This document shows positions 36,925-48,001 of a stretch of DNA of 64,000 bases, piece after piece. Every line of letters begins with the position of its first letter. Position 1 is the stretch's first letter. Source of the DNA: Mantamonas sphyraenae STR306 (Eukaryota; Protista; CRuMs); the NCBI GenBank assembly GCA_026936335.1, contig JAPMXV010000014.1, positions 36,708 to 100,707 on the forward strand, given 5' to 3'. Position numbers and translations under genes: made by a program. The notes below the pieces were generated by a model. The model saw only the letters and a program-made list of their open reading frames with translations, was not told the origin of the DNA and did no database searches.

Positions 36925-39900
36925 TCAAAACGCGTCGTCATCGCTGCTGTCGTCTGCAAAATCATCCACCGCGCCATCGTCGTCAAAGTCGTCCTCATAC
37001 TCGTCATATTCGTCTTCGTTGGTGGGCGAGCTTGGCGGCGAGTTCATAGTGTCGTCAAACACAACCTCCTGCGGCTCTTGAAACTCGGCGAAAATGCTCC
37101 CGCTCGCCACACTCGCCGCATACCGTGGTCCTCCAAGCTGATGTCCTGCACTGATCCTTGACCCTCGCGACACTGCTGTGCTGGGTCGCTTCTGCGGCGG
37201 GCGTGGCTCTGGCGACGGAGCCGTCGGTGTCGCTGCCTCGACCCGGATCGAAGCCTCGGCCACGTGAACAGGTGTTGCCGTTGCAATGGTGGCCTCTGTC
37301 TCCAGCTTGGAAGGCTCTGCTGCCTGTGCTGCCTCCTCATTGTCGTCGTCGTCGTCGTCGTCGTCCTGAAAGTCGTCGTCGTAGTCATCGTCTTCAAAGT
37401 CCTCGTCGTAATCGTCTTCTTCCTCGTCAAGCGGTGCCTCTTGTGCCTGCGACAAGCGTGCCTGCTCCTCCCTCGCGGTACGCAGCGATTGCACACGTGC
37501 ACGGTCCTTGTGCCCTCGGAATCCAGCCTGGATCTTTACAGCCGCATGCTCCTGTTCCCTCTTCTCCTCCTTCACACGCTGCACGCGTGCACGGTCCTTG
37601 TGTCCCCTGAACCCGGCCTGGATCTTCACTGCCGCCTCTTCCTGCTCTTTTCGTTCCTGCTTTACGTGCTGCACCCGCGCGCGGTCCTTGTGCCCTCGGA
37701 ACCCGGCCTGAATCCTTACCGCCGCCTCCTCCTGTTCCTTCCTTTCCTCCTTGACCTTTTGCACACGTGCACGGTCCTTGTGCCCTCGGAACCCGGCCTG
37801 GATCTTTACAGCCGCCTCCTCCTGTTCCCTCCTCTCCTCCTTCACACGCTGCACGCGTGCACGGTCCTTGTGCCCTCGGAACCCGGCCTGGATCTTTACA
37901 GCTGCATGTTCCTGCTCTTGCCTCTCTTTCCTGACCCGTTGCACGCGTGCACGGTCCTTGTGTCCCCTGAATCCGGCCTGGATCTTTACAGCTGCATGTT
38001 CCTGTTCCCTCAAGTCGACCTCCTGCTCTTCCTGTGCCTCTTCCTCCTCTGCAAAGTCGTCGTCATACTCCTCTTCCTCCTCCCCATCTTCCGCCTTGGC
38101 CTCGCTCGCAGTCTTGGGCACCGTTTCCGCCTCTTCCGCAAAGTCGTCGTCGTACTCGTCCTCTTCTTCTTCGCCATTCTCGTCACTCTCCTGCCCTGCC
38201 ATGGCTGCAGGAGGCGGTGCCAGACTCATCCCCGTCGGCACTGCGTCCTGTGCACCCTCCGAGTCTTCCGAATCTTCAAAGTCTTCGTCGTAGTCGCTGC
38301 CGCTGTCGCTCTCATCATCCACCGGTCCACCGCTCGCAGCATACGCCGCTCCACCCTCTCCTCCGATCGCAGGCACGCTCGGCATTGTGACGTCCATCGC
38401 TTCCACCTGTTGCTCCAACTCCTTTGTCTGGTCCTCTTCGTTCTCCGCCTCTTCTTCCTCCTCGGCGAAATCGTCGCCATACTCGTCCTCCTCCTCCTCC
38501 TCTTCGTCCTCATCAACGGTCTCTGGTGCTGCTGCTGCCTCCGCGAGCATGGCTTGCTGCCTCTGTGCACGCTGTTCTTCCAGTTCGCGCTGCAGTTCGG
38601 CCTCGCGTTCCCGTTGCTCGCGCATCGATTGAACCCTCGCCCTGCTCCGGTGCCCGCGATAACCCGCCTGGATGCGCACTGCCGCAGACTCCTCCGCCTT
38701 GTGTTGCTCTTCCTGCGCGTGCATCTCTGCACGCAATTGCCTTGCCTCCTCCTCCGCACGCTTCCTGCGCGCCTCTTCCTTTTCCTTGCGCATCCTTTGC
38801 ACGCGCCCACGCTCCCTGTGGCCCCGGAACGCTGCCTGGATGTGCACTGCACTCTCTTCCTCCAACTCTGCCTCTGCCTGTCGCCGAGCTTCCTCCTCAC
38901 GCTCGCGTGCCAGCTGTGCCTGCCTCTTCCGCTCTTCCTCCTGCTGTTTCTGCAATTCCCTTGCCCTCTGCTCACGCAGCTGCTCACGCACAGCCTCTTC
39001 CTCCTTCCTCCTCCTTTCTTCTCGTTCCTTCCTTTCCCTCTCCTGCTCCGCACGCACGCGCTCGATCTGTTCCTGCTGCCGCTTCAGCGCTTCCTCCCGC
39101 TCCGCCTGCTCCCGTGCCGCCTCTGCTTCTGCCTCGTCCTCCTCCTCAAAGTCGTCCTCTCCATACTCGTCACCTTCGTCGTCCCCTTCCGTTTCCTCCT
39201 CAAAGTCGTCCTCTCCGTACTCGTCAGCCTCGGCCACTGCGGCTGCCTTGGGTGCTGCTGCCTGTGCATCCTCCTCCTCCTCAAAGTCATCCTCAGCATA
39301 CTCATCCTCCACGTCCTTCTCCTCCACCACAACCTGTGCTTGCACTTCCGTCGCCTTGGCTGGCTCGTACACCTGACGTGAGGTGAATCCAACGCGTGAC
39401 TGCGCGCGGTCGCCACTCGGCGGACGCGGCATGCCCGTGCGCTTGCCGTTGCTGCTGCTCTGAGCCCACTGTTCTCTCTGTTGCTGTTCCTTGCGTTTGG
39501 GCGAATTGACCACCGCCTCCTTCACGCTCTCCTCCATGGCCTGCAGCTGCGAGATCGCCTCTTGGATTTGCCTCAGTTTGCTCGCTGCCTCCTGCTCATC
39601 CTCCAGCACTGTGGGCAGCTCGCTTTGGTCGTGAGCAATGGCTTCTGTCAGCGAAAACAGCTGCGTCAGCTTCTGCTCCGTGCTCCAGTTCAGTGGATCC
39701 AGACGTCGCAGCTCTTCGGCACTGTCGTACGAACTCGACGTGCAAGTGCTGCAGCTGCTACACGTGCTGCAGTCGCTCACATTCCCATCGCTGTGCGCAT
39801 GTCCGTGTCCTCCACGTCCTCCCCTTGCGCCTCGTCCTCCACGTCCTCCTGCGTGGTGGTGTCGGTTCCCGCGCTCTGCCTTGCGCCCTCCCGTTCCGGC

Positions 39901-41015
39901 CGTTCGAGGCGCCCTGCGTCCTCCACGAGGCTCTCCTCCAGAATGTCCGGCCCCCATCCGTCGTTTGCGTCCTCCTCCTCCACTGGACGCCGCCGAACTC
40001 GACTGTGGCCTTCGCATTTTGACGCTGTAGGGCGAGTTTTGCGTCGTTCGCTCGTAATTCGACTGCGGCCTCCCAACCGGCCGCCGCTGTTTGCGTTCGC
40101 TCGATGCCGTGCTGGCAGACACTCGCCGTGTGCGTTGTGATTGAGGCGTCGTCCTTCGACTGCTTCCTGCGCTTCGCGGCGCTCGTGCCACCCCCAGTCG
40201 CGTCTTGCGTCCGTTGAACGTGCCCGTTTTGCGTCCCTTTGGCGGTTTGCTGCTACGTGTGCTGCTGCCCAATCCCTGTCCACGCCGTGTCGTCGTACGT
40301 CCGCCCGCCATAAACTTTGGCGGTGGCAGCGGTGCGTCCAGCGGACTCGGCTCCGTGGCCACGTACAGCCGGTCGTTCCACGGCGGCCGCCGCGCAAGCC
40401 AGCTGTTCTTTGCCGGTGGCCGTTTGCGGCTCCTTTGCACGTGCACAGCACATCCCACACATGCGTGCACCCGGCGTGGCACCCACCCGCCGTCGTCCCC
40501 ATTGTTTGCACAGCACCCATGTCGCGTCACACGTGTCAGCATGCTCCATTCCACGCCAAACGCTCGCCCCGATCGCGCCAACGGCCACCCCAACCTACTT
40601 TTTCCCGAATTTCTTCAGCGCACGCAGGTTTGGCTTTGTTTTCCCACTGCCTGCACCTGCCCCGCGTCCTTTCCTTTTACCTGCCCCACTTTGCTTGTGT
40701 TCCTCCGTCTCCTCCGTCTCCCCCGCCGCCTCGCCTTCGAACGACACCGCCGCGTTCTGCGTCATCCGTCCCCACCTGGCGTTAGCACAACGCCATGCTC
40801 ACAGTGACCCCCCTTTGCCCTCCAACACACACCCATCCATTACTTACCCGAGCGCCAGGGTATTCGTAGGGTGCCTCATTCTCTGTGTTTGACGACGACA
40901 AGCTCAACGGCGTGGCAGCGCCGCTGTCCTCGCCCTCCTCGTCGCCCTCCATCACCGGTGGCGATGGTGTCACCACACGTCGACTGCTCCCATGCTGCGG
41001 ACGTGAACTCTGCAT
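36925..41015 (-). CDS. Acidic coiled-coil protein with eight IQ calmodulin-binding motifs (5' exon structure approximate)
   Basis: AAVKIQAGFRGHKDRARV x6 plus two divergent IQ motifs, and many EDEYxDDFxEE acidic motifs. An upstream exon ends at a GTAAGT donor near 40847. Confidence 0.75.
37470..38010 (-). repeat. 90-bp coding tandem repeat x6 (IQ motif array)
   Basis: (A/G)CGGTCCTTG recurs at 37501, 37591, 37681, 37771, 37861 and 37951. Confidence 0.95.
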
Positions 41016-41083
41016 TTGGTTCAAGACTCGTGTGCGCACAGCTGGGATGGGGTGCTTTGTTTTGGCTGCGACTTCGTATTCAT

Positions 41084-42179
41084 TCACTGCCCCACCCACT
41101 GATTCACCACAGACATGGTGCCATTCGTAGGTGCTGGGTTCAGCTGCAAGATCTTGGCCATCATGCCGTACAGGTTGACGTTTGCCAGCCGCAAAGCCTT
41201 GGTGGGGTCCGTCGAGCTCGCCTGCTGCCGGATGTGTGGTCCGGATGCCACAAACAAGGCCTGCATCTCATCTTCCCGGTTGTCGTAGCCGTGGTTGCCG
41301 CCGTTGAACTGGCTCTGGTGGGTGTTGAAGTACGACCTCGACGTCATGCTCCAGCCCAGGTCCGCCAAACACAGCACGTGTGTGATGCGCCTGTTGTGCG
41401 AGTAGTGAAAGTGCTGCGGCACGTTGGCCTTCTTCCAGCACGTCATGTTCGGGTGTGCATTTGCCAGCTGGGCGTAAATTGTGTCCACGTTGGATGTGTT
41501 GAGGACTCGCACAGCGGCCAGCGGCGTCCAGTCCACCATTTCCACCATGGACATGTCGATATAGTCTTCAGGAAAGATCATCCTCGTCTGCGAGATGCTC
41601 GTCATGCCGTGATCCGCCCCAACCAGCAGATCCACCTGGTCCATCATTCCCCGCGTCTTGAGCCCCTGCACAAGTCGCCCAACCAACTGATCTGCCTCTG
41701 CTACTGCGCTTGCCACCTGCGACGAGTCCGGTCCGTGTGCGTGGCCCTGTGTGTCCACCATATCAAAGTAGGCGCACACAAAGCGGGGCCGCTCAGCCTT
41801 TGGCAAGTCCAGCCACGCCAACACCTGGTCCACACGTGCATTGTTGGGCACAGATGCGTCATACACCTTTGTGTACGTGGGCAGAACCCCGTCAATGGCT
41901 GCCTCTGATCCTGGCCAGAAGAAGCTTGCTGCCTTGATCTGGTTCTTTTCGGCCGTCACCCACTGAGCCCCCCTCACCGTGTCAGGCAAAGAAAGGCAAC
42001 CCCGATGGATCTCATCTCCACTTACAATCGGTTCGCCTCCCCACCACCGTGCGTCTGTCACGGCGTTCTTGTCGTGCGACGAAAAGTACGCGTTGAACAC
42101 GGGATCGTAGAAATAGTTGGCCACAATGCCATGCGACTAAACCACGTGTGCGTGAATCACCCTCGCCTTGTCAGCTTCC

Positions 42180-42210
<31 letters not shown>

Positions 42211-42909
42211 GCCTTCCTTTGGTTTCTTCTCGCCAGCCACACCTTCCACACCTACCTCTGCATACAGACCAGTCACCATGCTGTAGTGGTTTGGAAACGT
42301 TTTCGACGGAAAGATGGGCTGCATCATGCCTGCTGCGCCAGTCTGCATCAGTGCATCCATGTTCGGTGTTGCATGGTCCCTCAGATACAAATAGCGGAAC
42401 CCATCGAAACTCAGGAGCACCACAGTCCGCTCGAGCGGTTCTCCTGCGCCCCCGCCGCCCTGTGTGCCATTCGTATTGCTGTTTGCCGGCCGTGTGGCCA
42501 TCTGTGACAATGCAGCGCCTCCCAAGCCCAGCAGAAGCACAGCCATGGTCAGCACAAACAATGCCGTGCTGTTCTTGCGTGCACAACGTCGCCACCGCGG
42601 CACGGCGTGCTCTTCGTCCACGTCTATCCCGCCCAGCGTCGTCCCTTGGGACACACCACGCTGTGTACCTGCGCTGCCATCGTCGTCTTCGCCAATATTC
42701 ACAGAAACCATGCTGTCGGATTGTCCGTGTGCGGCGTAGTTGCCACGTCGCTCTTGACCCGCCAACAGCGACTGACCCACGAGTCCACCCTTGCCCTTGC
42801 CATTGCCACTCTCGTCTTCGTCTTCCTCCTCACCGTACGAGTGGTATGCATGCTCGCCCAGATGCTCCTCCAGCACCACAGGGCGCAAATCGTTGTCTGA
42901 GGACGACAT
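41084..42909 (-). CDS. Type II membrane ectonucleotide pyrophosphatase/phosphodiesterase (ENPP family), one intron
   Basis: LLSFDGFR, catalytic KTFPNHYSMVTGLY, HGIVAN, WWGGEPI, DTQGHAHGP, ADHGM and GNHGYDN. Confidence 0.95.
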
Positions 42910-42997
42910 GAAATAGGTTGGCCGCGTGTTCGCATTGGCCCCCTCCCCCCCCACACGCACTCACTCACACGTGTTCTCAAAATGAACCATTGTTCAT

Positions 42998-43741
42998 TCA
43001 TCCGTCGTTCTCCCGTTGCACCAGCACCGTCTCCTCTTGGCAGTCCGCTGCTGCATCTTCGACCAGCGGCCCATGATCTGCCACAAAGCGAGCCACCCAC
43101 CGCCCAAGGCGACGCAGCACCTCACTTGGCTGCTCCCTCCACTCGCCACCCACCATTCCCTCCGCCTCCGCCTCCCAGTTGACCACCATCATCAACTCAA
43201 TGGCCCGGTCAACGTTTTCTGGCCACCACCCGTGCTCATTCTCCTCCCAATCGCGTACAGCCACCCCCACGCCTCTCAACGCCTCCTCCAATCCCTCTTC
43301 CTTGCTGGACTCCTGAATGAACGGCTCGCCAAACATCATGCGGCGCAGCAGCAGCGCTTTGCGCGGACAGTGGGCGTAACTGGCCATCACGTGCAGCCTC
43401 TGGTGGCCAGAAACGGACATCTGGTCCACGTTGCCGCCACACATGACCACCACATACGGCAGGGCAAACCTGTCCTCCTTGGCCTTGGCTGCCAGCTGGA
43501 TCGGCCGCACCCCAGTGTCACTTTCCACCTCTGGCCACGCCCCTGCGGCCAACAGCCGCTTGACGGCATCCAAATCGCCGTTTTTGCATGCAAAGTGGAG
43601 TGCAGTCCAGCCAAATGCACTGTCCAGGCCTGTGTTGACCAGCTCAGGCTCGATCACCACCCCCTCCCCCAACACCAGGCCTTGCTGCAGCCTGTGGAGG
43701 AACATCGGTGTCTTTGAGCCAGCTGCTGATGACGATGACAT
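42998..43741 (-). CDS. Small ankyrin-repeat protein
   Basis: FGWTALHFACKNGDLDAVKRLLAAGA and GVRPIQLA; AATGAA overlaps the stop. Confidence 0.65.
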   Translation of the reverse strand: MSSSSAAGSKTPMFLHRLQQGLVLGEGVVIEPELVNTGLDSAFGWTALHFACKNGDLDAVKRLLAAGAWPEVESDTGVRPIQLAAKAKEDRFALPYVVVMCGGNVDQMSVSGHQRLHVMASYAHCPRKALLLRRMMFGEPFIQESSKEEGLEEALRGVGVAVRDWEENEHGWWPENVDRAIELMMVVNWEAEAEGMVGGEWREQPSEVLRRLGRWVARFVADHGPLVEDAAADCQEETVLVQRENDG

Positions 43742-43856
43742 GGAAAGGCACTGTGGACGACAAACCTGCTGTGCGCGGTGCCAGCAAGGGTTGCGATTTT
43801 GGTGGAGCGCCCGTCGAGCCATCCCCCCAAAACAGACTCCCCACTCGCAGCCCGCC

Positions 43857-45615
43857 ATGTCGCGCTCGTCGCTGTTTTCCAAAGCCACCAAGTGTGCCCC
43901 GCGCCACACCATGTTTGCCAACCAGGGCCTGTATGGCCTGGGGGCTCTCGAGGTGCAGACGCAGGAGGAGGTGCTTGCCGTGCACCAGCACCAGGTCCGC
44001 AACCTCGATGTCCATGAGTACCACTCCAAGCAGTTGCTCCGCAAGTATGGCGTCTCCTGCCAGCACGCAAAGGTCGGCTCCACCCCGGACGAGATCCTCG
44101 CCGGCGCCCGTGAGCTCGACGTGCCCGAATACGTCGTCAAGGCCCAAATCCTTGCTGGCGGCCGTGGCAAGGGCACCTTTTCCAACGGCTTCCAGGGCGG
44201 CGTCCACCTCTGCAACACGTAAGCTTGGGCCCTTTCGCTTCTTCCATGTTTGCCTCCCAGCTGGCGAGTGTGTGTTTTGCGCCTGCCGTCCCTCGGTTCT
44301 CTTCTCGCCTTGCTCACATTTCCAGCCTTCGCCCCCTTTTCTTCGCCTTCGAACAACAGCCCCGAAGAGGCCAGTGAGCTGGCTGCCAAGATGCTGGGCC
44401 AAACCCTGGTCACCAAGCAGACGGGCGAAGAGGGTACCCTTGTGCAAAAGGTTGGTTTGGGCCCTACTCGGCACGTATCCAGCGCCAAACGCAGCCCACG
44501 GGAGGGAAAACCCCATCTCGCTGACTCGTCTTTTCGCCACCCGGCCCCAACGGCGACCCCCACACACTCTGGCCTCACCGCACACTGCCACAGGTCATGG
44601 TCTCCGACTCGGTCAACATTGAGAAGGAGTACTACTTTGCTCTGCTGATGGACCGCACCCACCAGGGCCCCGTCATGGTCGCCAGCCCGGCCGGCGGCAT
44701 GGACATTGAAGCCGTCGCCGAAGAGACCCCGGAGAAGATCTTTACGGTACGTGAGGCACAGTGAGAGGACGAAACAAGGGAAAGAGAACGGGAACGGGGA
44801 CGGCGATGGGTGTAGGAGGAGGGGGGAGTGTGGGGGGGGTGGCCTGGCACAATGCTCACCCGAGACTCGGGGTACGTTTTCAACCACAGGATCCGATCGA
44901 CATCTTTGACGGGATGACGCAGGAGCAGGCCGACAGCATGGCAGCCAAGCTGGGCTTCCAGGGAGACCAGGCAGCACGTGCAGCTGAACAGATGCTGCGC
45001 CTGTACGACCTGTTTATTGGCACGGACGCCACGCAGGTGGAGATCAACCCGCTGGCTGAGCTGGACAACGGCGAGGTGATGTGCTGCGACGCCAAGATCA
45101 ACTTTGACGACAACGCAGCATTCCGTCAGGAGGAGATCTTTGCCATGCGCGACTTTAACGAGGAGGACCCGCGCGAGGTGGAGGCAGCCAAGAACGACCT
45201 GAACTATGTGGGTCTGGACGGCAACATCGGCTGCATGGTCAACGGCGCAGGCCTGGCCATGGCCACCATGGACATCATTCAGATGTACGGTGGCATGCCT
45301 GCCAACTTCCTGGACGTGGGAGGAGGAGCCACGGAGGGCCAGGTCACCGAGGCCTTTAAGATCCTCACCAACGACAAGCAGGTGCAGGGCATCCTCGTCA
45401 ACATCTTTGGCGGCATTGTCAAGTGCGACGTCATTGCCGAGGGCATCGTGGCCGCCGCCAAGACCGTGAACCTCAGCGTGCCCCTCACCGTGCGTCTGGA
45501 GGGCACCAACGTGGAGAAGGGCAAGGCCATCCTTGAGAGCTCGGGACTGCCCATCATCACTGCCGACAACCTCGACGAGGCTGCACGCAAGAGCGTGGAG
45601 AGCATTGGCCTGTGA
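43857..45615 (+). CDS. Mitochondrial succinyl-CoA ligase beta subunit (SUCLA2/SUCLG2 family), 4 exons
   Basis: Transit peptide, [65 protein letters not shown] and RLEGTN. Confidence 0.96.
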
Positions 45616-45664
45616 TGATGTGTTGTGGCGTTCAGCGCGCTGTGGTCAGCAACGCAAAACAAAA

Positions 45665-46684
45665 ATGACCTTCAAAACGAATGCAACGGGTGGGTCATAC
45701 ATCCACGGCAAAGCCTTTTCGGCGGACAAACGAGAATGCATTCTCTTTCACTACCAATCCAGCTTGCGTCCTTCGTGCAGAGGCACAGCGGAGGCTCTCG
45801 GTGTGTCTCCTTCCGTCGTGTCCAAGATTGTACGTCAACACCGAGCCATGGGCCATGTACGCCCTCTTGTGGCCCAACCACCGTCCAGGCGTCTCCTGGA
45901 TGCCAATGACGACCAGTTCATTGCTGAACAGGTGGCCGATGATCCGCGACTGTACCTGGACGAGTTGCAAGTAGCCGTTGCTCTTCATCGCAACAAGGTG
46001 GTATCTCTGTCCACAATTCGCCGTTCTTGTGCGCGCATGGGACTGACTCGCAAGAAGGTGAGTGCTATCGCCAAGCAACGGTTCAGGGAATCCACCGTGG
46101 CGCGCACACGCGAGTTTACTCGAGCAATGAGGATTCGCGGTGTGTTCCGAGCGCCGAACGTGGTCTTCTTGGACGAAACTGCAGTGAACAACAGAGTGTG
46201 CTACAGGAGATATGGTCGTGCGAAACGTGGGCAACCAGCGGTCGTTGTGGAGAACCATCCCAAGCAAAAGCGCATCAGCGTGCTGGCGGCCATCAGCACC
46301 GGTGGGCGCTCGCCACTGGTAGCGTACACAATGCGAGAGGGGTCATACAACCGGCAGCTGTTTATGGAGTTCCTGGAGCAAGACCTCTTGCCCCGCATGC
46401 GAGATTGCCGCCAAACAGTTCTGGTCATGGACAACTGCTCCATCCACAAAGGCGATGCTGTACGCCAGCTGTGCACCTGGTATGGGGTGGATGTCGAGTT
46501 TCTCCCGCCTTACACACCTACGCTCAACCCCATCGAGCTCATGTTTAGCAAGTTCAAGGCGGTCCTCCGCAGGGAATTTCATCGAGTGGACATTTGCACA
46601 TTCGCGGCGATTTGTACTGCATTGGGGCATGTTACGGCTGCTGATGTGAGGAACTGGGTCCATCACTGCGGGTACCGCATGTAG
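45665..46684 (+). CDS. IS630/Tc1-mariner DD34E transposase, 339 aa, intact, with paired-like HTH
   Basis: VVFLDET, LVMDNCSIHK and FLPPYTPTLNPIELMFSKFK, with 34 residues between the second D and E. N-terminal HTH plus the LYLDELQ..VSLSTIRR..GLTRKK winged-HTH-like segment. Confidence 0.93.
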   Translation: MTFKTNATGGSYIHGKAFSADKRECILFHYQSSLRPSCRGTAEALGVSPSVVSKIVRQHRAMGHVRPLVAQPPSRRLLDANDDQFIAEQVADDPRLYLDELQVAVALHRNKVVSLSTIRRSCARMGLTRKKVSAIAKQRFRESTVARTREFTRAMRIRGVFRAPNVVFLDETAVNNRVCYRRYGRAKRGQPAVVVENHPKQKRISVLAAISTGGRSPLVAYTMREGSYNRQLFMEFLEQDLLPRMRDCRQTVLVMDNCSIHKGDAVRQLCTWYGVDVEFLPPYTPTLNPIELMFSKFKAVLRREFHRVDICTFAAICTALGHVTAADVRNWVHHCGYRM

Positions 46685-48001
46685 GATCGTGGAGCGTAGC
46701 CATTCAGGGCGCACGCTGGTGCTGAAAAACCCGTACTCCCAATGCCATCTTTGTGTCGGGGGGGCTCAAAGAGAAGCAGGGAGGGCTAAGTGGGGCACCT
46801 ACAAGGCGTGGATAGTGCCCACCTCCCCTGGCAGCAGTCACCCGAGTCAGGAGCGACGGCCTTGCAACCGGGCTTTGCGAACATACCATGCGCCCCGTGC
46901 ATAAACAATCCATGGAACGCCTGCATACAGTCATCATGCCACATGGTCCTCTGGTTTTGGCTCCAACACCCGTGGGAGGAGCAGCATGCAGGTTGACGCC
47001 GTTGAGATGCACCCCTTGACACCCAGTACAATTATTGTGCACATGCGTCTCCCCTCAGCAGACCCATGTCCCAATATGTATCTACAAACACCATGAGACA
47101 GCCTGTGAAGCCCGATACCGTGGATTCACAACCTGATTTTCACGTAGCCTGACAAGGCGGTTCTTTGTGTCGTCGAGGACGGCCAAGGCCCCACGGCAAG
47201 GGGCGCTTCCTGCTGTAGTGTCTTGGTGTAGTCGCACAGCCTTTCCACTTGACTCTGTTTGGTTCCTGTGGACGTGTGCCACTTGCTGGTCACGCGACGG
47301 CAACGAAGCATCACCCTTTTGCCCGTGCGGTGCCCAGCGCTGCGTCTGCCGGTTTGGTGGGCAATCGGGCGTCGTACAGGGAGCATACTGCAAACGGGGA
47401 CAGCACATCACACCCACATTTGCATGTAGAGGCGACGACGCAGCGCGACGACGCGGCAACTTCTAGCCACTCATCAATTTTTCTTGGCGTTGTGGCCATG
47501 CCTCCTACCTTTCAACCCCTCCTCGGTGATCTATCTCCTGCTGGATTGAGTTTGCCAGGTACAAAACAGCCGAGACTCTATTGTGACGTGCAACGCCTGC
47601 GAAAGCAGCACCTATCCTTCCTCGCCCTCCTGGTCGTCCAGGTCCAGGCTCTGTTCCCTCTGTTCCTCAACATCGTTACATGGGCCACTGTGCTCCTCAG
47701 TGAGTGTGAACTGCAGGATTTCAACCCTCTGTGCCGGCAAACGGCCAACGTGCGTTTCGATGTTCTCGTCGGCAACGGCGTGCGCGGGGCCCTTCCAGAG
47801 CAGCAAGTGATGTGGGTAGGGCTGTGGAGGATGGGGCTTGTGAACTGTGTGCAAGTGCTCGGGGGCGTCGGAGAGGGCAACAAGCTTTCTGCGGCATTTG
47901 ACAGCGAGGCGCGAGGCTTGACGTTTGACAACTGACCTGCTCTGAAAAAGCGGCGGCTGGCCCAAGTGCGCGGGTGGAGTCAATAGTTTCAAGAGTGTAG
48001 A

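Noticed and set aside
45533-45664. ORF-track N-terminal extension of the transposase overlapping the SUCL 3' end
   Set aside because: It uses a non-ATG start in host coding sequence. The first ATG at 45665 directly precedes the paired-like domain.
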